The notes below the pieces were generated by a model that made no database searches, was not told where the DNA came from, and saw nothing but the letters and a program-made list of their open reading frames with translations. From Reclinomonas americana ATCC 50394 (Eukaryota), in contig PS015011.1 in NCBI GenBank assembly GCA_048213135.1, forward strand, positions 22,308 to 63,765: DNA of 41,458 bases, read 5' to 3'. Positions 1-10,455 of this stretch are shown piece by piece (the stretch's first letter is position 1; each line of letters opens with the position of its first letter). The translations under genes were made by a program, and so were the position numbers.

Positions 1-66
1 ACGTACGTACGTACGTACGTACGTACGTACGTACGTACGTACGTACGTACGTACGTACGTACGTAC

Positions 67-68
<2 letters not shown>
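1..68. repeat. (ACGT)17 self-complementary tetranucleotide repeat, truncated by the window start
   Basis: Perfect ACGT tandem array read directly. Confidence 0.95.

Positions 69-147
<79 letters not shown>
69..147. repeat. (CT)n microsatellite
   Basis: Perfect CT dinucleotide run directly after the ACGT array. Confidence 0.95.
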
Positions 148-149
<2 letters not shown>

Positions 150-315
150 GTTTCGCATCTGCCTCGCCGTACTGGCTTGCTCCATTGTGTGTGTGCGCGT
201 GTGTGTGTGGGCATGTCGTTCATGAGCGAGGCCACCGTCACCAGTGTGCCTGTCTTTTCCTGCCCTCCCCTGTCTGTGTCAGGCACATGCATTCTCACCA
301 TCAATCACCCCGCAG

Positions 316-2430
316 CTGATGCGCCCCGCTGGTGCTGTGCGCTACTTTGCCGCTGCTCCGAATGTCATTGAGATCCGCATGCCGGGTGTGTGTGTGTGAC
401 GCGCACTGCTCCTTCCTCCCTCCTGTGCGTCACTCTGACTCACTCCTTGCGCAGCGCTCTCGCCCACAATGTCACAGGGCAACATTGTGTCGTGGAAGAA
501 GAAAGTCGGCGGTGCGCAGCGTGTGCTTGCGTTTTCGCGCAGTGTCTGTTGTTGACTGTCTTTGGTGTGCAGATGAGATCAAGCAGGGTGAGATCATTGC
601 CGAGATTGAGGTTTGTTTCTTGTTCTCTTCGTGCTGGCCGCTGTTTGCGAATACCAAAACGATTGCGTGCAGACGGACAAGGCCACGCTGGACTACGAGT
701 CGCCAGAGGATGGGTTTATGGCGCAGCATGTCAAGCCTGCTGGCACACAAGAAGTCCCCGTTGGCGATGTTTTGTCATTCTCTTCGTCATTCCACCGCCA
801 CTCGTTCGTCTCTTGCTCACTGGTGGCCGACCGCCGCAGCTCATTGCGTTGATGGTGGAGAATGCTGCTGATGTGGCTGCGGTGGAGAAGGGTGGTGCAG
901 CGAAGCCTGCCGCCGCTGCCGCTGCCGCTCCGGCTGCTCCGGCTGCTGCTGCTGCTGCCCCGGCTGCCGCTGCTGCTCCGGCTGCCGCCGCCGCTGCTGC
1001 TTCTGCGTCTGGTTTGACGCATATCTTCTTCGCTTAATGTACAGCAGGCTGCGGAAGCACTCACACCCCTCAAAATCGGCAGCAGGTGGTCGCGTGGCAG
1101 CGACTCCCTTGGCCAAGAAGCTGGCCGCCGACTCGGGCATCAGCATCTCGTCGGTGCCTGGAACCGGTCCGTCTGGTCGTGTGGTTGCTGCGGACGTGAG
1201 AGAGTTCAAGCGTTGCGTACTTTATTCTCGTGTGAGATCTTTGCGCTGCGAGTCTCGAGTATTAGTTGACCGACACGTGCGCGCGTGCGCGTGTAGCCTC
1301 TGCTGCTCCTGCCGCCGCCGCTGCCGCTGCCCCTGCTCCTGCTCCTGCTGCTCCGGCTCCTCCGTGCGTCGCCTGCTCTTTTCTTCAGCCCACTCCCCCT
1401 CTCATTCTCTTACATGGCAACTGACGAGCAGGGCCGCCGCCGCTGCTGCTGCCGCTGCTGCGGGTTACACCGACTTGCCTCTGACCAACATGCGCAAGGT
1501 GATTGCCGATCGCCTGGTCCAGTCCAAGCAACAGATTCCGCACTACTACTTGACCGTGAGCTGCAACGTCGACTCTCTGTTGAAGTTTCGTCAATCGCTT
1601 CCTGTCTCTCGCACAATGCGACTCTCTGACGGACAGATTTTCTCATCGTGCTCAGGCTGCGCGCGGAGCTGAACGCTGCCGGTGGTGAGGACTACAAGTT
1701 GTCGGTCAACGACTTTATTGTGAAGGCTGCTGCCTTGGCGTGCCGCAAGGTGCCGGCAGTGAATTCATCGTGGCTCGGCAACGCCATTCGTCAGTACGAC
1801 TACGTGGACGTGAGCGTTGCTGTCAGCACACCCAGTGGACTGATTACGCCCATTCTGAAGGACGCCGATCGCAAGGTAGTTCTTCTCTCGCTGCATCGTT
1901 GTCTCCGTTCTTGTATCCCACTCGGCAACTGTAGGGCCTGGCCACCTTGTCGAACGAGATGAAGGTGCTGGCAGAAAAGGCGCGCAACAACAAGCTGACA
2001 CCACCAGAGTTCCAGGTCTGTTGAATATTTTGCATTGTGCATGATGCCTGTGTCGTCTCATCGTCTATGCCTTTATGCAGGGTGGCACATTCACGATCAG
2101 CAACCTCGGCATGTTTGGCATCAAGCAGTTCACCGCCGTGATCAATCCGCCGCAGTCGTGCATTCTGGCGGTTGGTGGAAGCGAGAAGACAGTGGTGGTG
2201 AACCCGAAGGCCAAGTTGCGTGACACACGGAATGCCGTGTTGGGTGAGTGTTGAATCCCTGTCGGCTCATCGCCCGTGGCCACAGGGATGGTGAGAGCCC
2301 CTACACGACGGCGACGTTGATGAACGTGACGCTCTCTTGCGATCACCGTGTTGTGGATGGTGCTGTCGGCGCACAGTGGCTGCAGCACTTCAAGTCCTAC
2401 GTCGAGGATCCACTCAAGATGCTCTTGTAG
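316..2430 (+). CDS. DLAT: Mitochondrial pyruvate dehydrogenase E2 (dihydrolipoamide acetyltransferase); single lipoyl domain, 11 introns; first exon/start codon unresolved
   Basis: Spliced translation gives the lipoyl domain (MPALSPTM...EIETDKAT), Ala/Pro linkers, a peripheral-subunit-binding domain ([21 protein letters not shown]) and a catalytic domain ([27 protein letters not shown]). TAG at 2428-2430. Donors at 386, 512, 611, 769, 1012, 1212, 1364, 1585, 1876, 2016, 2215. Confidence 0.95.
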
Positions 2431-2530
2431 GCGCCTGGTGCCCACCGCTGTATATGCTGTGGTTTCTGTTGTGGACCGAGAATACAGCGGCAAAGTGTTG
2501 AATTTACATCAGCGCATCGACGCGCTCTAC

Positions 2531-5500
2531 TTAGGAACTGCCACTTCTTACGGCGGCAAGGCTCATCGCCACCGCCTGTTGCTCCAACTCGCTCTCCGAG
2601 TGCACCAACACATCGTCTTCTGCGTCCACTTGTCCGTCGCCGGCCACGCCTGTCACAATCAAACGGTTAAACAGATGCACACACGAAGCACACCGCGCAA
2701 ATGCTGACTGGGCTGGTACCTTGCGCTTCCTCCTGCTCGTTGCGCATGTACACCAAGAACGAGGCCGCTGGTCGGTTGCGTCCAGTCGACTCCTGTCGCA
2801 TGAACCGCTCGGTGGCCTGCATGCAAACGTGAGGAACGAGGGGTTGCTGACAGCATTCTTCATTNNNNNNNNNNNNNNNNNNNNGCACTCAACTCGCTGG
2901 CCATCTGCGCCATCCAGAGTGATCCATGTGTTGTCGCGTGTGTCGAGCGCAAACGTACACTGGCCGACCACCAAGCGCAACGAGTACTCGTCGCCGAGGA
3001 TGGTCGAAAAGACACTGTCCAACTGTGCCATGAGCTCCGCCTTTTCCGCGTCACACTCTGCACACGCGTACAAGTGAGAACAACGCCACTCTCTGCTTGA
3101 GGCAACCAACCGCAAGCCACTACGCAACCTGTAATTCGCTGCCGCACGGTCTCGAGTTCGCAGTCCACCAGCTGGGCAGTCACTTGCAGGTCAGCGTTGC
3201 GTCGGAAGCCGCCACTTCTGCAGTACTCCTTCACTCCCTCCAAGAAGACTTGACGCTGGAACAACCGACTAGATGCGGGAAGGCCACTATGCAAAGTCTG
3301 CAGAGAGCAGCGTGAGCGACACGCTGATGAAACACGACAGTCGTTTCCTTTCAAACCTTGCAAGCCCGCGGCAAGCGCAGTAGTCGCTCTTTGCGATCCT
3401 CGCACGCTTGTATCCTACTGTAGATGGAGACAGCCTCCAGGAAGCATGCCTCCACATCACCCACAGCGTCGGCCGTGTAGCGGCGCATGTGAAGCAGCTG
3501 CTCAAACGCAAACTCGCGGATGGCTTCACCCTTGCCACACTGCCGATCGATCATCAGTCAGTCAGTCAGGCAACTCAGGTCCCCTTCGTGAAACATACAT
3601 CCCGACACTGCGACTCACATGCAACGAGACCACCAGCATCGGCGGCAGTCTCGTGATGGCGCGCGAGCCGATTGGCATCGGCGACGGTGAGCCCGTGTGA
3701 TCCATGGTCAACGGCAACAACTGGCGATCGAGCGCAGCCTGCACGCAAGCACAGTTCTTCACGTCGACGCCCAACTGTGCAAGAGTCTGTGCCACGCAAT
3801 CCAGCAACTGTCAGAGTCAGCGCGTGACAACGGCCAGCACGGCCTGTTCGCTCACTCACCGTGGACTCGCCGGTGTCGAGTTGTGTTGACCGAATGTTGA
3901 GAGCACTGGGGAAAACAGACAAACATCTGTGAGCAATCGAACCAAGCAGACACGAACAAGCACCCGGCGCGTACTCTTCCACTGCCGCCGCCACCGGCAC
4001 GCTGCTGCATTGTTGCAGAGTGTGCAACACAACCTCGTACAAACGCTCCCACACAAGCGCCACGTCTGTCAGGCAAGTGCAGAACGTGAGAGACCACATG
4101 GAGAACTGCAAGGCGAGTCACAAAGAGACAACACACCAGATTGCCGCTCTGCTGCGATCCGGCTCACGGTGATGAAGCTGTCCAACAGCGCCTCGCTTGT
4201 AAGCTCCACGACCTCACCGGTGCACATCAGATTGGCAAACAGATTCTGCACGAGAAGCACAACTGCAACACCCCCAGCTCAGCACAGCGACAGTGTTCAC
4301 CGCACACCACAACAACGCACACTCAATGCGCTGGAAATCGCGAAGCACAGCGTTGCTGTCGGCACGCTCGTCGACAGCCTTCACGGGGTCTGCAGATGCC
4401 ACAAAGACGCAGTGAGTAATGCACGCAGCAGTCAGTGCATGGACACACCGCAGTTGCCGCACCACGAATGTGCAGCGGGGTCGATGTCACCGGACGTGCC
4501 GGCACAAAAGCAAAAATGGCACGTCGCATCGGCAGAATCCAGAATGCCATCAACAAGCACGCATTCAGTGCCGCGTGTCCTCTCTTGGTCGGTTGCGACA
4601 CGAGATGATGCAGAGTGGAGGGATAGTATTGCTGGGTGGCGTCGGAGTCCAGAGAGAAATTCTCCAGTACGCTCGCTGGGCAACAGATGCAACTAGTAAG
4701 TTAGGCAGTTGATACCAAAGTACTCGGTTTTTCTCACACCATCCACACAGCGCATCAGCTCCTCGGATCCACGGGCCTCCGCAATGANNNNNNNNNNNNN
4801 NNNNNNNNNNNNNNNNCCGACAGACAGATCAACAGGCGTTCAGCCTGATCCGGGAAGAGCGACAGTCTGTTTTGCCCCCAAGAACGTAATAGATGTAAGT
4901 CAACTGCATCCAAGGTCAACAACAACACGAAAATGTCTCTGCACTTCATACCGATTACGTGTCGCCAGCAGCACCGCAGTGTCGCTGCTGGACGACAGCG
5001 CACCGAGGATAGTGAAAGCAGTTTCCACTTCCGGCACATCGTCCACCTCTGCAATTCACATGCATGCGTTCAGCACCGTGACATGGGCAGCAGATGGACA
5101 CGACACGACAGCAAACCTTCCACCACAGCGGCGACATCTGCACTCAAACCCAGCATGCGTCTGAGGTGCGAGACGAGCCGTTCGGGGCGCGTCGGCGATT
5201 TGACCGAGGTGACAGCAAGCTGGAAGCGGAGCGGTGGTGCGCGTCCGTTGATAACATCTGCGGTAGATCAGTAAAGGAAGTATCACCTCGCCACAAAGAA
5301 ACCACACACACCTTGCTGGCGATGCAAGCCACACATTTCGCCAAGCACCGAGTCTGTTTTTGGTCCACCGTCGACAGCAGACTCGGCTGTATCCACTGCA
5401 TGGATACGATTGCGCAGCAGCTCTTCCGCGAAAGCGTGCAAATCGGACGAATCTGTGCCCAAGCACGCCGACAGTCACACAGACGGCGGGAGACGCCACC

Positions 5501-6863
5501 GCATGCGAGGTTCATGGTATACTTACAATACTCCTGGAACTTGAGGTGGCACGCGGTGGTGATTGCGAAAAACTCGTCAATAACACGACGAACAAGTCCG
5601 TCGGGGCGACCAACGGCTTCGGGCTTCCCGTCAGAGGTGTCTTTCGGGAGGTTGTAGCCGTACCCGCCTCCGGGTTGATCCACACGTCGGAAGCCAGCAA
5701 TCTGCAACGATATGCGCGGACGGAGTCAGAATCGTGCTGCGCGCTCCAGCTGAAGGCAGACGGGGGAACCTCCAGAGTTCGGGGAAAATACGGAAGCGAT
5801 CGCAAGAGCGGCGACGACGAGGGGATCCAGCGAGCGCTGCATTCAGGTTTCAGCATGCAGCAGCGGCAGCAGCATGAATGCAACGGTACGTAACGAATCG
5901 TCTTCGGGGTCATCGAGAATCTTGTTGAACACTTGGTGCACCGCTTGCGACAGGCGGATCAGCGTCTGCACAGCCAAAAAGTAGTGTTCAGTGCGCAAGC
6001 GGCGGGGGAAGAGTCGACACCGAGTCGCGACTCACATCGTAGTTGCCATCCTCACTCAGCGCACGGAACACACGTGCCAGCAGCGCATCCCTCAACTGCA
6101 CATGCAGCTCCACCAGCGAATGCTGGCATCGGAACAGGCGTCGGTTCGCGGTGCCGTAGTGCTCCAGCCGTCGCCACGCAAAGCCCTACAAAGAGCAACC
6201 CGTGAGCAGTCCCTACCACCCTCACGCTTACCCACACCACGCACCGTATTCGCCGGCAACTCCACCGTCACATCTCGCGGAACTCGCAACTGCAGCACAG
6301 AGTGATGACTTGCGGCACACAGTCACAGAGAGAGAGAGAGAGAGAGAGACGCACAAACCTCCACAGTCATCTGGGTGAGTTGCATTACACTGACAAACGC
6401 GTGCAGAGTCACTGCGTACTCTCGATTGTAGGGCACGGACGACTCGGGCAAATAGTCGACCATGATCGTCTGATGATGATGATGATGAAGATGAAGAAGT
6501 TGTCAGATGTCCACACACACACGCACACACAATGCCACCCACTCACCTGTGTGGATGAGTAACCCTCGAGAGGGCTCACACGAAGGAACGACACACTCGG
6601 GTCTGTGGAGAAGGCCGTGGACTGCATGCAAATGTGTGAGATGAGTGGCGTGTGTGCGTGAGAAGAGAGAGACGAGTGTAGAGAGGGAGGTTGGAGACCA
6701 GGTGATCAAAGAGACGCTCCGGCGAGTAGTTGAGCATGGAGGCTGCGCGGAATGCAGGTTTTACATAAGCAAGACCTGCCAAGAGTGCCGAGTGTGACAC
6801 GTGAAGAGACTCACGATCCATGCGGAGGAGGCCCGCAAGCAGATCCATTCTTGAGAGATCCAT
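2531..6863 (-). CDS. Large multi-exon hypothetical protein with a degenerate PUB-like domain
   Basis: ATG at 6863 (MDLSRMDLL...). A chain of GT-AG-bounded exons runs down to the stop at 2531. Exons at ~5965-5640 translate to QVFNKILDDPEDDSARWIPSSSPLLRSLPYFPRTLEIAGFRR...YNLP, resembling the PUB consensus. Middle exons not fully resolved; two small N-gaps inside. Confidence 0.6.
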
Positions 6864-7022
6864 AACTGCTGCTGCTGCTGCTCACTTACTCGTCAAGGTT
6901 TGTGTGTGTAGTGTTTTATAAATTCGTGGTGACTCAAACAAATTTTCGACGACGCCTGCTTCCTCCCTCTCTCCCTCTCTGTTGCACTCGCGCGCGCCCG
7001 CACGCAGTCTCGCTGCCACTCA

Positions 7023-7081
7023 TCAACGACGGCGACGATGACGGTCGGGCGATCGGGATCCCGAGGCGGAGCGCGAACGGG
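7023..7081 (-). CDS. Orphan terminal exon fragment RSRSASGSRSPDRHRRRR*, probably the SNW1 3' end displaced by a contig inversion
   Basis: Arg/Ser-rich open frame abutting the gap and ending in TGA at 7025-7023. No other parent gene is visible, and SNW1 lacks its C-terminus. Confidence 0.5.
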
Positions 7082-7644
7082 NNNNNNNNNNNNNNNNNNN
7101 NNNNNNNNNNNNNNNNNNNNNNNNNNNNNNNNNNNNNNNNNNNNNNNNNNNNNNNNNNNNNNNNNNNNNNNNNNNNNNNNNNNNNNNNNNNNNNNNNNNN
7201 NNNNNNNNNNNNNNNNNNNNNNNNNNNNNNNNNNNNNNNNNNNNNNNNNNNNNNNNNNNNNNNNNNNNNNNNNNNNNNNNNNNNNNNNNNNNNNNNNNNN
7301 NNNNNNNNNNNNNNNNNNNNNNNNNNNNNNNNNNNNNNNNNNNNNNNNNNNNNNNNNNNNNNNNNNNNNNNNNNNNNNNNNNNNNNNNNNNNNNNNNNNN
7401 NNNNNNNNNNNNNNNNNNNNNNNNNNNNNNNNNNNNNNNNNNNNNNNNNNNNNNNNNNNNNNNNNNNNNNNNNNNNNNNNNNNNNNNNNNNNNNNNNNNN
7501 NNNNNNNNNNNNNNNNNNNNNNNNNNNNNNNNNNGACCCCTATCTCTCTTTCACACCTCAGCTCTCTTTCTCCCATCCCTCCCTCCCCATCCTTCTCCCT
7601 CCCGTCCCTCCCCCTCACTCCTTCTCTCGTGCATCCCCGAGCAG

Positions 7645-9363
7645 AAGACCGCGGGCAAGGTGGTGGCGCTCAAGACGGACTCGGATGGACGCCTGCAGTT
7701 TGATGCCATTGTGAAGCAGGGGCAGCGCAAGGACAAGAAGATCTTTTCGACGCGCGCCGATCTGGATGAGAAGGAGGTGAGTGTCGTGGTGTGCACACAG
7801 AGAGAGAGAGAGGGAGAAAGTGAAGAAGAAAGTGTGTCTCTGTGTGTGGTGAGTGAGGGAGATGTATATTGATAGAAAGAGCCAGAGAGAAGCAAAGAAC
7901 TTCTGCACACCCAATGTGAGAGACAAGACTGCCATGTGAGGGAGCCGCACTCACACTCTTGCCCTCTTCTCTCCGCAGTTCGGTGAGGATGAACTGGCTC
8001 GACCGGATACGGAGGCGGAGAAGGAGATTGCGGAGAGGACACGCAAGGCGCTGGAGGAGAAGATGAATGCGCGGGCCAAGGCCGCACGGCCGCAGGTGGG
8101 CACGCAGCAGGAGGAGCCGCAGTACATTCGGTACACGCCAGCCACGCAGAATGCGGCGCACAACTCGGGCGCCCAGCAGCGCATCATTCGTATGAGTTTC
8201 GTGATTCGCATTGCTTGGTCGCTGAGAGTTTCGGGAACGGGTTCACTCGTGTGAGCTCACCTGTCGCTCCGTCACCCTTCAGTGACGGCGCCCACGGATC
8301 CACTGGAGCCGCCAAAGTTCAAGCACGTCAAGGTCCCGCGAGGTGACTGACTATTCTTTTATTTTTTGTGTCACACATAGTGGTGATGATGATACACTCA
8401 ACATTTATCTTCGCGTGCAGGGGCTGGGTCGCCGCCGGTGCCGGTGATGCACTCGCCACCGCGCAAGCCGACGGCGCAGGAGGTGCAGGATTGGACCATT
8501 CCACCGTGCGTCTCCAACTGGAAGAATCCTCGCGGCTACACGATTTCTCTCGACAAGCGTCTGGCGGCCGATGGACGTGGCACACAGGAGGTCACCATCA
8601 GCAACAAGTTCGCCAAGCTGTCATCGGCCCTGTATGTGGCCGACCAGACGGCACGCGAGGAGCTTGAGCAGCGCAACAAGATCATTATCAAGATGAAGGA
8701 GAAGGAACGGACAAAACAGGAGGAGGAGCTGCGCGAGAAGGCGCGCCTGGCACGTCAGGAGCGCTCCGGTGTGGCGGGCATGAACGAATCGCTGAAGAGC
8801 CAGTTGCGTTGCTGTACTCTCCCCTCTCCCCCCTCTCTCCCTCTCCCCTCTTCTTCTCACACTGTTGCACCAGTCCGGAGGCGGATGAAGATCTGCGTGA
8901 GCGTGAGGAGCTGCGTGAGATGCGTCGCAAGCAGCGCGAGCGTGAGCATCGCAAAGAATCGCTGCGCGCTTCGGGTGGACTGAAGAAGCGTGAGGAGGAG
9001 CGTGATATCAGTGAGCGAGTGGCCCTCGGTCAGGGACCTTCCGCGCCCTCCAAGGAGCTCATGTACGATCAGCGTCTGTTTAATGCGAGTCAGGGTCTGA
9101 CATCGGGATTCGCCGCCGACGATTGTTGCGTCTTTTGTTTACGCGCACCCACACGTCGCTTCCGGCAGCTCACTGTATGAACAGCGTATGCCGTGTACGA
9201 CAAGCCGCTCTTCAGTGGCAGCAGTGCCAATCAATTGTACAGGCCCAAGGCAGTGGACACGGAGGTGTACGGTGGCGGTGATCAGCTGATGGATTCGCTC
9301 ACCAAGACTGAGCGCTTCCGACCCGACAAGGGCTTCTCGGGCACCGAGGGTGGCAAGACGGAG
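7645..9363 (+). CDS. SNW1: SNW domain-containing protein 1 (SKIP/Prp45), internal exons; both ends fall in gaps
   Basis: YIRYTP, QRIIRMM..DPLEPPKFKH, VMHSPPRK, IPPCVSNWKNPRGYTISLDKRLAADGRG, RDISERVALG, YDQRLFN, YDKPLF, RFRPDKGFSG. Confidence 0.95.
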
Positions 9364-9566
9364 GTGCGTTGCCGGGATTTGCAAGTCTCTATCTCACTCC
9401 TCCTTACTTTCATCTCGCTGCCCCACCATCGCGGTTTTTCACTCGTGCTTGTGTGACCTTTGTTTGCTCCCGTCCTTTCTCTCTCCCTCTCCCTCTNNNN
9501 NNNNNNNNNNNNNNNNTCTTGTGTGCGTGTGTGTGGCTCATATGTGTGTGTTATGTGTTTATTCAG

Positions 9567-9820
9567 GCTGGTTCCCGCATCCACGAGCATGGCGACGCAA
9601 CACGGCGTTTGCGGTGGTTGGCCTGGTTGGCATCTGCACACCGTTGTTCCTCTACTCAGCAAAGCGCGAGGTGTGTGTGTGTGTGTGTGTGCGCGCGCTT
9701 GCTCATTGTACGTGTCACTTTTCCTCATTGGCCTTTGTGTGCGTGTGAATGCAGACCCGCATTGATGCGCCGACACGCCCCATCCCCAGCGAGCTGTGGA
9801 GCAGTGTGCCGAAAGTGTGA
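9567..9820 (+). CDS. Small complex I accessory subunit, KFYI/NDUFC1 (plant)-NUUM (fungal) type; 5' exon missing in gap
   Basis: Exons 9567-9670 and 9755-9820 give GWFPHPRAWRRNTAFAVVGLVGICTPLFLYSAKRETRIDAPTRPIPSELWSSVPKV*. This fits the GW..P..WRRNTA-TM-SA..E.R...P.RPIPS..W family pattern recalled from memory. Confidence 0.7.
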
Positions 9821-10455
9821 GAGCGAGAGAGTGATAGAACGGAGAGTGGCGCAGCAGCAGTACTGTGGAGGGGTTTCTCGCGCTGAGTGCCTATGAATGA
9901 GTTGACTGTGGATGTGAGAGAGGTTGTGCATCGCAACAGCGAGAGAAGAGTGGGACTTGGAAGAGAGTTGCTTATCAGACTGTCTCGTCTGGCTGGACCC
10001 ACGCAGCATGGAAGAGGAACGCAGCTGTGCCTCTGGGTCTGAGCCTACTGCTTGGTGTTACGACGTTTGCGATTGTGTGTGACGTGATGAGTGCGATGGA
10101 TGATGCAAGATAGAGATTACGTTTCCGAAGGCTATCATGGAGAAGTGCTTCCGATAGTCTCCAGGAGTGATCGTGCTCTCGGCGACCCGCTTGCGCTCCT
10201 TGTGCATCTCATCGGCGACATGCTGCAGTCGCGCCTTCGCCGCCTTGACGCACAGGGCTCTACTTCCACCGCCTCGACTATTGTGTTGCGCATTCCAGTC
10301 GCGTCTCTGCCTTCACAACACACAGTGTGCCGCGCAGCTCGAATCAGATTATTTTCAAAGGGCGCTACTCATGTGTGTGTGTGCTCGTGCGCTCTGGTTA
10401 ACTTCAATTCCATGCATGAATTCATGTATTAACGGGATCGACACGCACACCCGCG

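Noticed and set aside
1-68. Telomeric repeat
   Set aside because: ACGT is palindromic with no G-rich strand, unlike known telomere repeats.
905-1462. GCT/GCC/CCT tandem repeats as a repeat element or array
   Set aside because: They encode the normal Ala/Pro hinge regions of PDH E2.
1585-2285. Reading the shifted donors as non-canonical TT...GG introns (sliding the junction by one base)
   Set aside because: Sequence-equivalent only where the next exon starts with G. At 769, 1212, 9125 and 28007 it does not, and all these introns end in normal YAG with branch-point-like motifs.
316-2430. E3-binding protein (PDHX) instead of E2
   Set aside because: The catalytic DHRVVDG motif is intact.
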